A stretch of DNA of 64,000 bases from Patescibacteria group bacterium (GCA_041661385.1 JBAZUP010000001.1:289709-353708); one strand, 5' to 3'; numbered from the stretch's first letter, positions 41,002 through 50,945 are shown. The notes: a model not told the origin generated them from the letters alone. Program-made: numbers and translations.

Positions 41002-42387
41002 ATGACAATTCGATTTTATAACACTCTTAATCGAAAAATTGAAGACTTTAAACCAATTAAAAAAACCATTGGCCTCTACACCTGCGGCCCGACTGTTCAC
41101 AATTATGCTCATTTAGGCAACCTACGTGCATTTATTTTTGAAGATGTTTTAAAAAGAGTTTTACTTTATAGCGGACAAAAAGTAAAACACATCATGAATA
41201 TAACTGACGTCGGCCACCTGGTCGGAGATACCGACACCGGAGAAGATAAAATGGAAAAAGGCGCCGCCCGCGAAGGTAAGACCGCCTGGGACATCGCCGA
41301 ATTTTATACTAAAGCATTTTTTAACGACTTGAACGAGCTGAATATTCTTTCAGCGACAAAATACCCCAAAGCCACCGACCACATTGAAGAACAAATTGCT
41401 TTAATAAAAAAATTAGAAAAAAAAGGTTTTACCTACAAAACTAGCGATGGCATATATTTTGACACTTCCAAACTAAAAGATTACGGAAAGATGGCTTTGC
41501 TCGCGGGACAAAAATTGGAAGCCGGAGCAAGGGTCGATATGGGAGAGAAAAAAAACCCAACTGATTTTGCGCTTTGGAAATTTTCACCAAAAAATACCGA
41601 ACGCCAAATGGAATGGGGCAGCCCTTGGGGTATTGGTTTTCCGGGCTGGCACATTGAATGCTCGGCTATGGCCGCCAAATACCTCGGCCAGCCTTTTGAT
41701 ATTCATTGCGGCGGCGTTGATCATATTCAAATTCATCATACTAATGAAATTGCCCAGAGCGAAGCCGCCGAAGGCAAACAGCTCGCGAACTATTGGCTGC
41801 ACAGTGAGTTTTTGGTGCTTGGCAAAGATAAAATGGCCAAGTCTGGCAGCAATTTTATTACAATTTCCGCACTTAAAGAAAAAGGTATTAATCCCCTTGC
41901 GTACCGTTACTTTGTTTTACAAACCCACTACCGCAAACAGCTGGCCTTTTCTTTCGAAGCCTTACAGGCGGCTGAAACGGGTTTAAAAAATCTTTATCAA
42001 ACTGCGGCAAAAATAAAAAGAAATTCCTCCGTAATAAAAGAAGAAAAAATTATTGAAGAAGTAGAAAACGAATTTTATAACGACCTGAATCTTCCGGCGG
42101 CGCTCGGCCTAATTTGGGAGGCTTTAAAAAGCCTGAAGATAAATTATAAAACACTGCTTAAATTTGACGAGGTTCTGGGTTTAGATATTGATGAAAATGT
42201 TAAAAAAATTGAGAATTCTAATAAAGTGCAGGCTATTCCTGAAGAAATTAAAAATTTAGTATTAAAGCGCGATGAAGCCAGACGAAATAAAAACTGGCAA
42301 GATAGCGATATCTTGCGCGACAAACTGGAAGATTTGGGATATCAGGTAGAAGACAGTAAAGATGGAACAAAAGTGAGAAAATTATAA
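41002..42387 (+). CDS. cysS: cysteine--tRNA ligase
   Basis: HLGN (HIGH) and KMAKS (KMSKS) motifs; Zn-binding Cys. Confidence 0.9.
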   Translation: MTIRFYNTLNRKIEDFKPIKKTIGLYTCGPTVHNYAHLGNLRAFIFEDVLKRVLLYSGQKVKHIMNITDVGHLVGDTDTGEDKMEKGAAREGKTAWDIAEFYTKAFFNDLNELNILSATKYPKATDHIEEQIALIKKLEKKGFTYKTSDGIYFDTSKLKDYGKMALLAGQKLEAGARVDMGEKKNPTDFALWKFSPKNTERQMEWGSPWGIGFPGWHIECSAMAAKYLGQPFDIHCGGVDHIQIHHTNEIAQSEAAEGKQLANYWLHSEFLVLGKDKMAKSGSNFITISALKEKGINPLAYRYFVLQTHYRKQLAFSFEALQAAETGLKNLYQTAAKIKRNSSVIKEEKIIEEVENEFYNDLNLPAALGLIWEALKSLKINYKTLLKFDEVLGLDIDENVKKIENSNKVQAIPEEIKNLVLKRDEARRNKNWQDSDILRDKLEDLGYQVEDSKDGTKVRKL

Positions 42388-42398
42388 TTATTAATAGT

Positions 42399-43103
42399 AT
42401 GACCGAAAAACACATCCCAACTGAATTAATGAACGAGATTAATGATTTTAATTTAAAAACTAACGAAAATAAATTTGATAAAACTGAAAATGACATAATA
42501 GACGAAGCGGTCGAAAATGCGACATCGGAAGAGGTAGTACAAATGAAAGCCTGGAAAAGCGAGATACCGCAAACTACTATACAGGACCTACCCGGCGAAG
42601 TTAAACTTGCTAATCAGAATGAATCTTCTAATCCTCTTTCTTCCCTTCGTAAAAAAGCCGGAAAATGGGGTCGCGGGGTTTTGGCAGCGGCCGCATTAAG
42701 TGTTGGGACAGAAGCTGTCGCTGATGAACGCGTAAATATCAATCGCCCAGAAATTCAAACTACGCACAAATTAACCGAGACAAAAACACATGAAGGAAAA
42801 ATACAAATATCAGCAACGGAAAGCAAAATGATTGGTGTAACATATCAAGATCTAGCGAACGAATTACTTACTACCGACAAAATAAATTTTAAAGGCTCTA
42901 CAATCAAGAGTGAATCAATGTTCAGATCTACTTGGGGGACTAGCCTTCGAGATGTTTATTCACAATATCAACTATATAAAAAAAGCCCAACACCTGGACT
43001 CAAAGAAGTGATCACAAATAATTTAAAACGTCTTGAAAAAATGGTTGCTGGAGGCAATGCCCCTATCAAACCCGAAATACTCCAAGAGTTTGGTTTAAAA
43101 TAA
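42399..43103 (+). CDS. hypothetical protein
   Basis: ORF only; acidic N-region. Confidence 0.35.
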   Translation: MTEKHIPTELMNEINDFNLKTNENKFDKTENDIIDEAVENATSEEVVQMKAWKSEIPQTTIQDLPGEVKLANQNESSNPLSSLRKKAGKWGRGVLAAAALSVGTEAVADERVNINRPEIQTTHKLTETKTHEGKIQISATESKMIGVTYQDLANELLTTDKINFKGSTIKSESMFRSTWGTSLRDVYSQYQLYKKSPTPGLKEVITNNLKRLEKMVAGGNAPIKPEILQEFGLK

Positions 43104-43127
43104 TATATAATTTTTAATCTTAAGCAT

Positions 43128-43304
43128 ATGCCGGAAAAATATACTCCACCAGGAGCAGAAAACTTCCAAGCTCCTAAATCTAAAGAAGAGCCGCTTTTTG
43201 ATGAAAAGGATTTAGACATGGACGAACTATTTGGCGACGCAAAAGCCGGTGAGATGCTGCAAAGCGAAAAAATTATTAAACCAGAAGACGAAGAGGAATC
43301 ATAA
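43128..43304 (+). CDS. small acidic hypothetical protein (58 aa, below ORF-track cutoff)
   Basis: Manual translation MPEKYTPPGAENFQ...DEEES. Confidence 0.3.
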   Translation: MPEKYTPPGAENFQAPKSKEEPLFDEKDLDMDELFGDAKAGEMLQSEKIIKPEDEEES

Positions 43305-43338
43305 AATTAAAAAACCCGTCAAATTATAACGGGCTATA

Positions 43339-43370
43339 AAACCGTAGCGAAAGCTAACGGTTTTATTTTT
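43339..43370. terminator. bidirectional terminator AAACCGT-loop-ACGGTTT + T-run (preceded by CCCGT/ACGGG hairpin)
   Basis: Between convergent 43128..43304 and corA-like. Confidence 0.5.
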
Positions 43371-44316
43371 ACATCCAGCGCTTTCTTCTAAATACCGCGA
43401 CCATTAATACGGCCACAAAAAACATTATTCCAAAAATCATCCAAAAACCCATTGGATCGCTTACCAATGGCGTTCCTCCGGCGCGAATAGCAAACAGCGA
43501 CGCCATGAGAGTAAGCGGAAAAGTAATAACCGAAATAATGGTAAAAATTTTCATCACCTCGCTTGCGCGATAATTTACAATTGATTCATTGGTTTCATGC
43601 AAAGCATTGATGCTCTCCTTCTGGCTTTCGAGCATGTGCCAAATCTCCGATACAAATTCACGCAGCGAATTAATATAATTTTGAAAAGAAACTAGCTGCA
43701 AATCCCGATCACCATACATGAGCAACCTTTCAATTACCGATCGATGGCCCTGCATAGTACGGCGAAAAGTAACGATATTTGTTTTTAAACGCAAAATTTC
43801 GCTTGCCATTTTTCGCTCATCAGGGTTACCAAATAATTTTTGATCGACAGAGTTAATATCTTCATTAATATGAAGCAGGCTTGGAAAGACCGCGTCGAGC
43901 ATGCGGCTAAGCAACTCAAAAAGTACTTGCGCCATACTACCGCGAAAATACTGAAATTTTTTGTAATTATCCTTTTCACATTCCAAAAAGAAATTTTCCA
44001 AGGCCGGTAATTGACTATTATGAACCGTAACAAGATAATTTGGGTTAAGAAAAATATCCACTTCGGTAAAACTTACCCGGCGAGTCTCCCGGTCAAAAAC
44101 TGGAAAATGCAAGACCATAAAATAATAATGTGGCCGCTTTTGCATCTTTGGACGCTGAAAGGGTGGTAAACATTCACCCGTATCATTTACGTTGAAATCA
44201 AAACGCCTCCCTATTTCTGCCAGCTCTTTTTCACTCTGTTTAGTGACATTCACCCAAAGAAAATTTTCGTGTTGTATTTCGCGAATATGTTTCATAGTGG
44301 AATTAAGCGTGCGCAA
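43369..44316 (-). CDS. CorA-family divalent cation transporter-like (GMN motif replaced by AIR)
   Basis: CorA architecture (cytoplasmic domain + 2 C-terminal TM, basic tail) but signature is LFAIRAGG rather than YGMNF. Confidence 0.55.
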   Translation of the reverse strand: MRTLNSTMKHIREIQHENFLWVNVTKQSEKELAEIGRRFDFNVNDTGECLPPFQRPKMQKRPHYYFMVLHFPVFDRETRRVSFTEVDIFLNPNYLVTVHNSQLPALENFFLECEKDNYKKFQYFRGSMAQVLFELLSRMLDAVFPSLLHINEDINSVDQKLFGNPDERKMASEILRLKTNIVTFRRTMQGHRSVIERLLMYGDRDLQLVSFQNYINSLREFVSEIWHMLESQKESINALHETNESIVNYRASEVMKIFTIISVITFPLTLMASLFAIRAGGTPLVSDPMGFWMIFGIMFFVAVLMVAVFRRKRWM

Positions 44317-44435
44317 TGAATGAATTCATTTCGAACGAAAAATTTTATCAATAAAACTATCTAATAGTCATATTATATCAAATTCCACCAAGGGCGACAA
44401 CCATGATAAAAAAGTGTTGTTGGCTCGCCTAAAAT

Positions 44436-44936
44436 GTGCTATACTATTCTTGTATGGTAGATTTAAAAAAAGAACAAAACCCGATAATAAATAAAGAAAA
44501 ATACCAATCTTTGGAAGCGGATTTTAGTGCCGGTGAAAAAGGTGAAAATATTTCGGAAAAAATAGAAAAAGAAAGTGAAGTAAAAACTGATACAGAAATT
44601 CAACACAAACAACCGCTCCATCATCGTCCGGTCAGCCATGTTTTGCCACCGCTTCGCGACCCGGTCGCTCAAAAAATAGAAAAAATCCTAGAAGAAAATG
44701 TCGGCGAAGCTTATAGCCGGCTCTCCCCCATCGCTAAAGAAGAATTTAAAATTAAAGGTGAAATAACCGCCAAAAAAATTGCCGAACTACTTAGCTCAAC
44801 CCATGTCAAAGTAAAAAAAGTGTTCCAGCTTATTATGGAATGGCTTAAAATGCTGCCCGGAATCAATCGCTTTTTCCTTGAACAAGAAGCAAAAATAAAA
44901 ACCGACCGTATCTTGGCACTTCACAAGAGAAAATAA
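44436..44936 (+). CDS. hypothetical protein (likely start MVDLKK at 44454), operonic with ATPase
   Basis: ORF; 8-nt gap to next gene. Confidence 0.35.
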   Translation: MLYYSCMVDLKKEQNPIINKEKYQSLEADFSAGEKGENISEKIEKESEVKTDTEIQHKQPLHHRPVSHVLPPLRDPVAQKIEKILEENVGEAYSRLSPIAKEEFKIKGEITAKKIAELLSSTHVKVKKVFQLIMEWLKMLPGINRFFLEQEAKIKTDRILALHKRK

Positions 44937-44943
44937 ACACCAT

Positions 44944-47493
44944 ATGAACTTTGGAACCATTTCTTCCAATACTATTCTGGCATCCCTACTCGGGGACCAG
45001 ATTTTTTTTAATATTTTACTTTTCATTGCCGGAATTATTTTAATTTTGGCCAGTATTCAAATCTTGCGGGCCATTTTTCACGCCCGCGGGCAAACTGGCA
45101 AAGCTTTTCATAAAACAATTTTACTTATTCGGGTTCCAAAAGAAAAACGATCTGATTCTCAGTCGCACAGCAGTGATGACAACCTCGGACAAATTCGCGA
45201 ACAAATTGGTGTCGCCGACACTCTTTTTTCGGCGGTAGCCGGACTAAAACCAGAACACGGTTTTCTAACTTGGCTACGCGGCCGATCGGATAATTTTGCT
45301 TTTGAAATCGTTACCAAGAAAAACACCATTTCTTTCTACGTCGCGGTCCCGGAGCGTCTTACCGACCTTATCAAACAACAAATCCACGCTCAATACCCTC
45401 ACGCTGAAATTTCTAATGAACCAGATTATAATATTTTTCGCCCCGAAAGCCACATTGTCGGCGCGCATCTTTGGTTTAAATATAAATCGGTTTTTCCTTT
45501 TCGTACCTACAAAAAAACTGAAAGCGACCCCTTGGTTGCGATTCTAAACCCACTCAGTAAAATTGGTGAAAATGAAGGAGCAATAATTCAATACATTGTT
45601 CGCCCGGCCGACAATTCTTGGCGCCAAGAAGGAGCGCGCCTCATTCGTGAAATAAAAGAAGGGCATAAATTTGAATCCATCATGGGTCGTGGTTGGCTCG
45701 GAAATTTTTTGCATGAATTTAGCAAATTTTCATCCACCACAAAAAATAATAATTCAAAAAATGGCCAACCGGAAAAATACCAACTAACCCAAATGGAAGA
45801 AGAAATGATAAAAAACATGGAAGATAAAATTAGCCATGGTGGTTTACAAATTTCGGTGCGAATTATAAGTTCGGCCGCAACCAAAGAAACTGCGCAGTTA
45901 AATCTTGAAAACATTCTTAACTCCTTCAGCCAATATAATATTTATCGATACGGTAATTCATTTGGCGCCGCCGTTCCAAAAAAACCCGGAGAAATAATCA
46001 GTGCTTCCATTTTCCGTTCCTTTGATGAGAAACAAAATTTTATCGCTTCCACCGAGGAAATGGCAAGCTTCTGGCACCCGCCCACAGCTTCTACTGAAAC
46101 CCCGCATATCAACTGGCTGGGCGCACGCAAAGCCCCTCCCCCAACCAATATGCCAACCGAAGGAATTACCCTTGGCCGGGCAGTTTATCGCGGTGAAGAA
46201 ACAATTGTAAAAATGAAGCGCGCCGACCGACGCCGACATCTATATACACTTGGTCGCTCCGGTAGCGGTAAATCTGTTTTTATCCAAAATCTTGCCGTTC
46301 AAGATATCCAAAATGGCGAAGGAGTTTGTGTTATTGATCCGCACGGTGATTTTGTCGAATATGTATTGCAACATGTGCCAAAAGAACGAGTCGATGATGT
46401 AATTTATTTTAACCCGGCTGATACCGAACGCCCAATTGGACTTAACATGCTTGAAGTAAAAACCGAAGAACAGAAAGATTTTGCAACCCAAGAAATGATC
46501 GCCATTTTTTATAAAATGGTTACTGACCCATCCATGATCGGCCCGATGTTTGAACACAACATGCGCAATGTCATGCTGACTCTCATGTCCGATATGGAAC
46601 ACCCCGGCACCATTGCCGAAATTCCGCGCATGTTCACCGATGAAACTTTTGTAAAAAAATATTTAAAAACTTTGAAAGACCCGGTTGTCCGATCGTTCTG
46701 GGAAAAAGAGATGGCCAAAACTTCAGACTTCCACAAATCTGAAATGCTTGGTTATCTAATTTCAAAAGTCGGTCGCTTTGTTGAAAACGAAATGATCCGC
46801 AACATCATCGGCCAATCCCGTTCCGGTTTTAATTTCCGAGAAGTCATGGATAAGAAAAAAATCTTGTTAGTTAACCTCTCCAAAGGTTTAGTCGGAGAAA
46901 TTAATGCCAATCTGCTTGGCATGATTATCGTTTCCAAACTTCAAATGGCCGCTCTCGAAAGAGCCTCTCTTCCCGAAGAACAACGTAATGATTTTTTCCT
47001 ATACATCGATGAGTTTCAAAACTTTATTACCGACTCAATTGCGACAATTTTATCAGAAGCGCGCAAATATCGGCTTGAACTTATCATTGCCAATCAATAT
47101 CTTAACCAGCTAGTCGATAACAAAGGCAGTAAGGCAGTGCGCGATTCAGTACTTGCGAATGCCGGCACGGTAGTAGCATTCCGCATCGGCTCAGAAGACG
47201 CTGAAGTGCTTTCAAAGGAGTTTGCCCCAGTCTTTGGCGCCTACGATTTAGTTAATGTAGAACAATACACCGCTTATACCAAGATGCTTATTGACAATAC
47301 GGCCGCAAGGCCGTTTAATATGATGACATATCCGCCAAAACCTGGAAACAAAGAACTGGCCGCTGCTATAAAAGAACTTTCCCGACTTAAATACGGCAGG
47401 CCAAAAGAACTGGTAGAAGAAGAAATAATGGAACGCTCACAACTTGGCTCAAGTACAGGAATTTCGGCCGGCGTTAGCGAAGCGTCTCTATAA
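44944..47493 (+). CDS. membrane-anchored P-loop NTPase (VirD4/TraD coupling-protein or HerA/DUF87-like) with large N-terminal extracytoplasmic domain
   Basis: N-terminal TM; Walker A LGRSGSGKS then VIDPHGDF; Walker B region FLYIDEFQNF; paralog of 58749..60155 N-domain. Confidence 0.55.
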   Translation: MNFGTISSNTILASLLGDQIFFNILLFIAGIILILASIQILRAIFHARGQTGKAFHKTILLIRVPKEKRSDSQSHSSDDNLGQIREQIGVADTLFSAVAGLKPEHGFLTWLRGRSDNFAFEIVTKKNTISFYVAVPERLTDLIKQQIHAQYPHAEISNEPDYNIFRPESHIVGAHLWFKYKSVFPFRTYKKTESDPLVAILNPLSKIGENEGAIIQYIVRPADNSWRQEGARLIREIKEGHKFESIMGRGWLGNFLHEFSKFSSTTKNNNSKNGQPEKYQLTQMEEEMIKNMEDKISHGGLQISVRIISSAATKETAQLNLENILNSFSQYNIYRYGNSFGAAVPKKPGEIISASIFRSFDEKQNFIASTEEMASFWHPPTASTETPHINWLGARKAPPPTNMPTEGITLGRAVYRGEETIVKMKRADRRRHLYTLGRSGSGKSVFIQNLAVQDIQNGEGVCVIDPHGDFVEYVLQHVPKERVDDVIYFNPADTERPIGLNMLEVKTEEQKDFATQEMIAIFYKMVTDPSMIGPMFEHNMRNVMLTLMSDMEHPGTIAEIPRMFTDETFVKKYLKTLKDPVVRSFWEKEMAKTSDFHKSEMLGYLISKVGRFVENEMIRNIIGQSRSGFNFREVMDKKKILLVNLSKGLVGEINANLLGMIIVSKLQMAALERASLPEEQRNDFFLYIDEFQNFITDSIATILSEARKYRLELIIANQYLNQLVDNKGSKAVRDSVLANAGTVVAFRIGSEDAEVLSKEFAPVFGAYDLVNVEQYTAYTKMLIDNTAARPFNMMTYPPKPGNKELAAAIKELSRLKYGRPKELVEEEIMERSQLGSSTGISAGVSEASL

Positions 47494-47572
47494 TCGAAAT
47501 GAGAGAGCGAAAAGAATGAAATTCTTTGCCAGGGCGAATGAGATTATATGTTAAACTATTTAAAATAGAAGT

Positions 47573-47615
47573 GCCGCCGGCTGAGTAGTCCAAGAAGGAC
47601 TTTTCAGCCGGCGGC
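47573..47615. terminator. nested hairpin GCCGCCGGCTGA-[GTCC aagaa GGAC]-TCAGCCGGCGGC, bidirectional terminator
   Basis: Perfect 12-bp outer stem with inner 4-bp stem-loop. Confidence 0.6.
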
Positions 47616-47621
47616 GTTATG

Positions 47622-47996
47622 TCAGCACCTTATGAAGGGTTTTCGAACAATCGAAACCCGGAAGCAGTTACTACGGAAATGACCCACAGAAACCCCATAA
47701 TCGGGGCAATTCCGCACCACCGAATCGTTCATCGGTGCAAATTCTCGAGCAATTGTTACGACCAAGTTGAAGATGCATTCCTGAAAAGCCTCAATCTCAT
47801 TTTCTGAGAAAACCCGGCACTTCAAGTACCAATCGATTTCGGCAAGCCTGAAGAGGCTCGCCCGACCGACCGCTGCTCGAATAATGCTTTTCGAATGGCT
47901 CTCGCTGTAAGTTGCGAGGTGAGTGAGAATTTCTGGCGACTGGACAAGAATCGCATCTCCCGTTGGCTTGTGCATCAGAACGTTCTCGAAAGGCAT
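47622..47996 (-). CDS. hypothetical protein in mid-GC (~48%) patch
   Basis: ORF only; composition differs from flanks. Confidence 0.35.
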   Translation of the reverse strand: MPFENVLMHKPTGDAILVQSPEILTHLATYSESHSKSIIRAAVGRASLFRLAEIDWYLKCRVFSENEIEAFQECIFNLVVTIAREFAPMNDSVVRNCPDYGVSVGHFRSNCFRVSIVRKPFIRC

Positions 47997-48078
47997 AAAA
48001 CCTCCTTGGACGATGGTGTTCGATGCTGACTAATATAATCTGCACCAAAACTATTTAATTGTCAAAATCTGAAACTCT

Positions 48079-49686
48079 ATGCCAACACTATACCGAAAAT
48101 ACCGTCCATCTGTTTTCTCCGATGTCATCGGTCAGGATACAATTACTCAAACTATTCAAAATGAAATTTCCTCCGATCGACTTTCTCATGCCTATCTTTT
48201 TTCTGGTCCGCGCGGAGTTGGTAAAACCACACTTGCAAGACTGCTCGCAAAATCTGTCAGCTGCGAAAAACGAAAAAAAGGAACCTTCGAACCCTGCAAC
48301 GAATGCCAAGCCTGCGAACAAATTAATAATGGCCGCCACATTGATATTATTGAAATTGATGCCGCTTCTCAAACCGGTGTCGATAATGTCCGCGAAAATA
48401 TTATTGAAAACGCCGGCATTATGCCGACGGTACTAAAACACAAAATTTTTATAATCGATGAAGTGCACATGCTTTCGACTTCGGCTTTCAACGCACTTCT
48501 AAAAACTCTTGAAGAACCGCCGGCTCATGTTATTTTCATTTTAGCGACCACCGAATTGCATAAAATTCCTGCGACAGTAATTTCCCGCTGTGAAAGATTT
48601 GTTTTCAAAAAAATTCCTTTCGATAAAATGCTCGCCCGACTTAAAAAAATCTGCGGCGATGAAAAGGTCAAAGTAGAAAAAGAAGTTCTAGAGCGAATTG
48701 TTCGAAAAAGCGACGGCGGCTTACGCGATGCCGAAAGTTTGCTCGGCCAAATCCTTTCATTAAATCTAAAAGAAATTTCGGTTGAAGACATTCAAATGGT
48801 TTTGCCGCTTTCGTCCACCGAAAATTTGGTTGAATATCTTCAAAATATAACTGCGGGTGCGCCAGGAAAAGCAATAACCTTGGTAAACAAAATGGTTGAA
48901 GAAGGTGTTGATTTAAATCAGTTTGCCCACGACTTGCTTGAGCTTTTGCGCGCCTCATTACTATTATCTCTAAATACCGACAAGTCTTTGATTAATACCG
49001 ATTTCAATGATGAAACTATTAAAGAATTAAAAAAAATCAGTTCAGCAATTGGTGAAAAAAGAATTGTTTTGATTATGGACTTAACTCTGAAACGCAAGGC
49101 GGATATAAAATTATCACCCCTTCCGCAATTACCGCTTGAGTTGCTTGCAGTTGAAATTTACGATTTAATTTCTTCACCTGGGAATTTGGATAATCCGAAA
49201 CAATCAGAACCTCACGTCGAAAATATCAAGAAAGAAACTGTTACAAACAAGCCTGAGCCGGATTTGATCGTTAAAAAAATCGACGCGCCGGATAAAAGCG
49301 CAATTTCACAAATTACCAACACTATAAAGCAAGCAATTTCTCATATTGCCGACTCAAATATTACTACCACAGTAGAAATGGTGCGTGAAAAATGGAAAAC
49401 CGTAGTTGATAAAGCCTCGGTGACCGTTCCATCACTGAATTTTATACTCGCATCATGTACAATCAGTGAAATAAACGGAAATACAGTTCGAGTGGCTGTT
49501 CCTTTTTCAATTCACAAAGATCGTTTAGAAACCACAAAAAATCGCCAGTTACTAGAAGAGTGCATGCAAAGTGTTTTTTCAGAAAAAATCCGGTTATCTT
49601 TTTACGTTTCAGAAGTAGTAAATAATAATAAAGATTCTGAGGTCTCAAATTTGGCCGCGGAATTTGGCGGCGAAATCGTTAACTGA
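48079..49686 (+). CDS. dnaX: DNA polymerase III subunit gamma/tau
   Basis: GPRGVGKTT Walker A, DEVHML, Zn module CNECQAC, SRC motif. Confidence 0.9.
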   Translation: MPTLYRKYRPSVFSDVIGQDTITQTIQNEISSDRLSHAYLFSGPRGVGKTTLARLLAKSVSCEKRKKGTFEPCNECQACEQINNGRHIDIIEIDAASQTGVDNVRENIIENAGIMPTVLKHKIFIIDEVHMLSTSAFNALLKTLEEPPAHVIFILATTELHKIPATVISRCERFVFKKIPFDKMLARLKKICGDEKVKVEKEVLERIVRKSDGGLRDAESLLGQILSLNLKEISVEDIQMVLPLSSTENLVEYLQNITAGAPGKAITLVNKMVEEGVDLNQFAHDLLELLRASLLLSLNTDKSLINTDFNDETIKELKKISSAIGEKRIVLIMDLTLKRKADIKLSPLPQLPLELLAVEIYDLISSPGNLDNPKQSEPHVENIKKETVTNKPEPDLIVKKIDAPDKSAISQITNTIKQAISHIADSNITTTVEMVREKWKTVVDKASVTVPSLNFILASCTISEINGNTVRVAVPFSIHKDRLETTKNRQLLEECMQSVFSEKIRLSFYVSEVVNNNKDSEVSNLAAEFGGEIVN

Positions 49687-49693
49687 TACATTT

Positions 49694-50518
49694 ATGAAAT
49701 ATATCGCCAGCTTGGCCGTATTTTTTTTACTAATTCCAACTCTATCTCACGCAGCAAGCGTTGAGAAAATTAGCCTGCCGGTTCCGTTTCTTTGGGAAAT
49801 CCCCGATGGAGTTTGGGTTGCGCCATGGAGCGGCGCTTGTGAGGAAGCCAGCATTATCGCCGTTGAAAATTTTTATCTTAAAAAGCCAAAAGCGATAATA
49901 AAAAAAGTTGAAGCAAAAAATCAGATGCTGCCTTTGTTTAGTATCGAAACTAAAATTTTTGGATACAATAGTGATACTAACGCCGCTGAAAACCTAAAAT
50001 TAATTAACGATTACACTTCTTTTGACGCAAAAATTATCGATAACCCTACACTTGAAGAAATAAAAGACGAACTTCGGGCCGGACGTCCGGTTATTTCCCT
50101 ACACTATGGCTACGACCTAAAAAATCCCCGCCATCGCTTCCGCCGTGGCGGATCTTCTTATCATGTGATGGCAATTGTTGGTTTTGATGATGCCAAAGGA
50201 GAGTTCTTGGCAAATGATTCTGAACTACCGGACGGCATTGACTTTCACTATAAATATGCTACAATCATGGACACTCTTCATGATTTTGACCACAAAACTA
50301 AACATGCCGATGGACCACCGCGAGTATTGTTTACCAAGCCAAAAACCATCGTAAAAGCTAACGGGTCAAATAAAATTTTTCTTTTGCGAGATAATAAAAA
50401 ATATTATATTTCCAATCCGGCAGTTTTTAAAAACCACCGCTGGAGTTGGAGTCTCGTAAAAACAGTAGACAAATCAGTTTTAAGCAATTTGGAAAGCGGC
50501 AGCTCCATAAACAATTAA
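49694..50518 (+). CDS. secreted C39-like (papain-fold) cysteine peptidase family protein
   Basis: Signal peptide; WSGACEEASI Cys motif and SYHVMAIVGFDD His motif as in Peptidase_C39_2. Confidence 0.45.
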   Translation: MKYIASLAVFFLLIPTLSHAASVEKISLPVPFLWEIPDGVWVAPWSGACEEASIIAVENFYLKKPKAIIKKVEAKNQMLPLFSIETKIFGYNSDTNAAENLKLINDYTSFDAKIIDNPTLEEIKDELRAGRPVISLHYGYDLKNPRHRFRRGGSSYHVMAIVGFDDAKGEFLANDSELPDGIDFHYKYATIMDTLHDFDHKTKHADGPPRVLFTKPKTIVKANGSNKIFLLRDNKKYYISNPAVFKNHRWSWSLVKTVDKSVLSNLESGSSINN

Positions 50519-50835
50519 ACTCCGAGATCGCCCGCCTGCAACGCTTTGCGTAGCAATGCGGGCAGGTCTAACGGCATATATGTTTTACACTTACGTTCTT
50601 AAAAGCCAAAAAGATAACGAATTGTATATTGGATGGACCGATGACTTAAAAAGTAGAATAAAAAAACACAATGATGGCTTGGTAGAATCTACAAAAAATC
50701 GGAAGCCTTTAATATTGGTTTATTATGAAGCTTGTTTAAATAAAGATGCGGCAATAGCAAGGGAAAAATCGCTCAAAACTGGCTTCGGCAGAGCATATTT
50801 AAAAAATAGATTGAACGACAAACACTCCGAGATCG
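50519..50835. repeat. 12-bp direct repeat ACTCCGAGATCG (50519-50530 and 50824-50835) flanking GIY-YIG gene; second copy is the 5' end of tRNA-Gln
   Basis: Seen directly. Confidence 0.7.
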
Positions 50836-50840
50836 TCTAA
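50580..50840 (+). CDS. stand-alone GIY-YIG nuclease domain protein
   Basis: FYTYVL (GIY) ... LYIGWT (YIG) ... R, E, N catalytic positions; start MFYTY at 50580; overlaps tRNA-Gln 5' end by 15 nt. Confidence 0.7.
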   Translation: MFYTYVLKSQKDNELYIGWTDDLKSRIKKHNDGLVESTKNRKPLILVYYEACLNKDAAIAREKSLKTGFGRAYLKNRLNDKHSEIV

Positions 50841-50896
50841 TGGCAGGACAACGGACTCTGAATCCGTTTATCTTGGTTCGAATCCAAGTCTCGGAA
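50826..50896 (+). tRNA. tRNA-Gln (CTG)
   Basis: Acceptor TCCGAGA/TCTCGGA, anticodon stem ACGGA/TCCGT, loop CTCTGAA, T-loop TTCGAAT; no encoded CCA. Confidence 0.8.
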
Positions 50897-50916
50897 CATA
50901 TAATTTAACACACATA

Positions 50917-50945
50917 AAAATCCCAATGTATAGTCGGGATTTTTT
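50917..50945. terminator. terminator AAAATCCC-loop-GGGATTTT + T-run
   Basis: Downstream of tRNA-Gln and of convergent glyoxalase gene. Confidence 0.5.
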
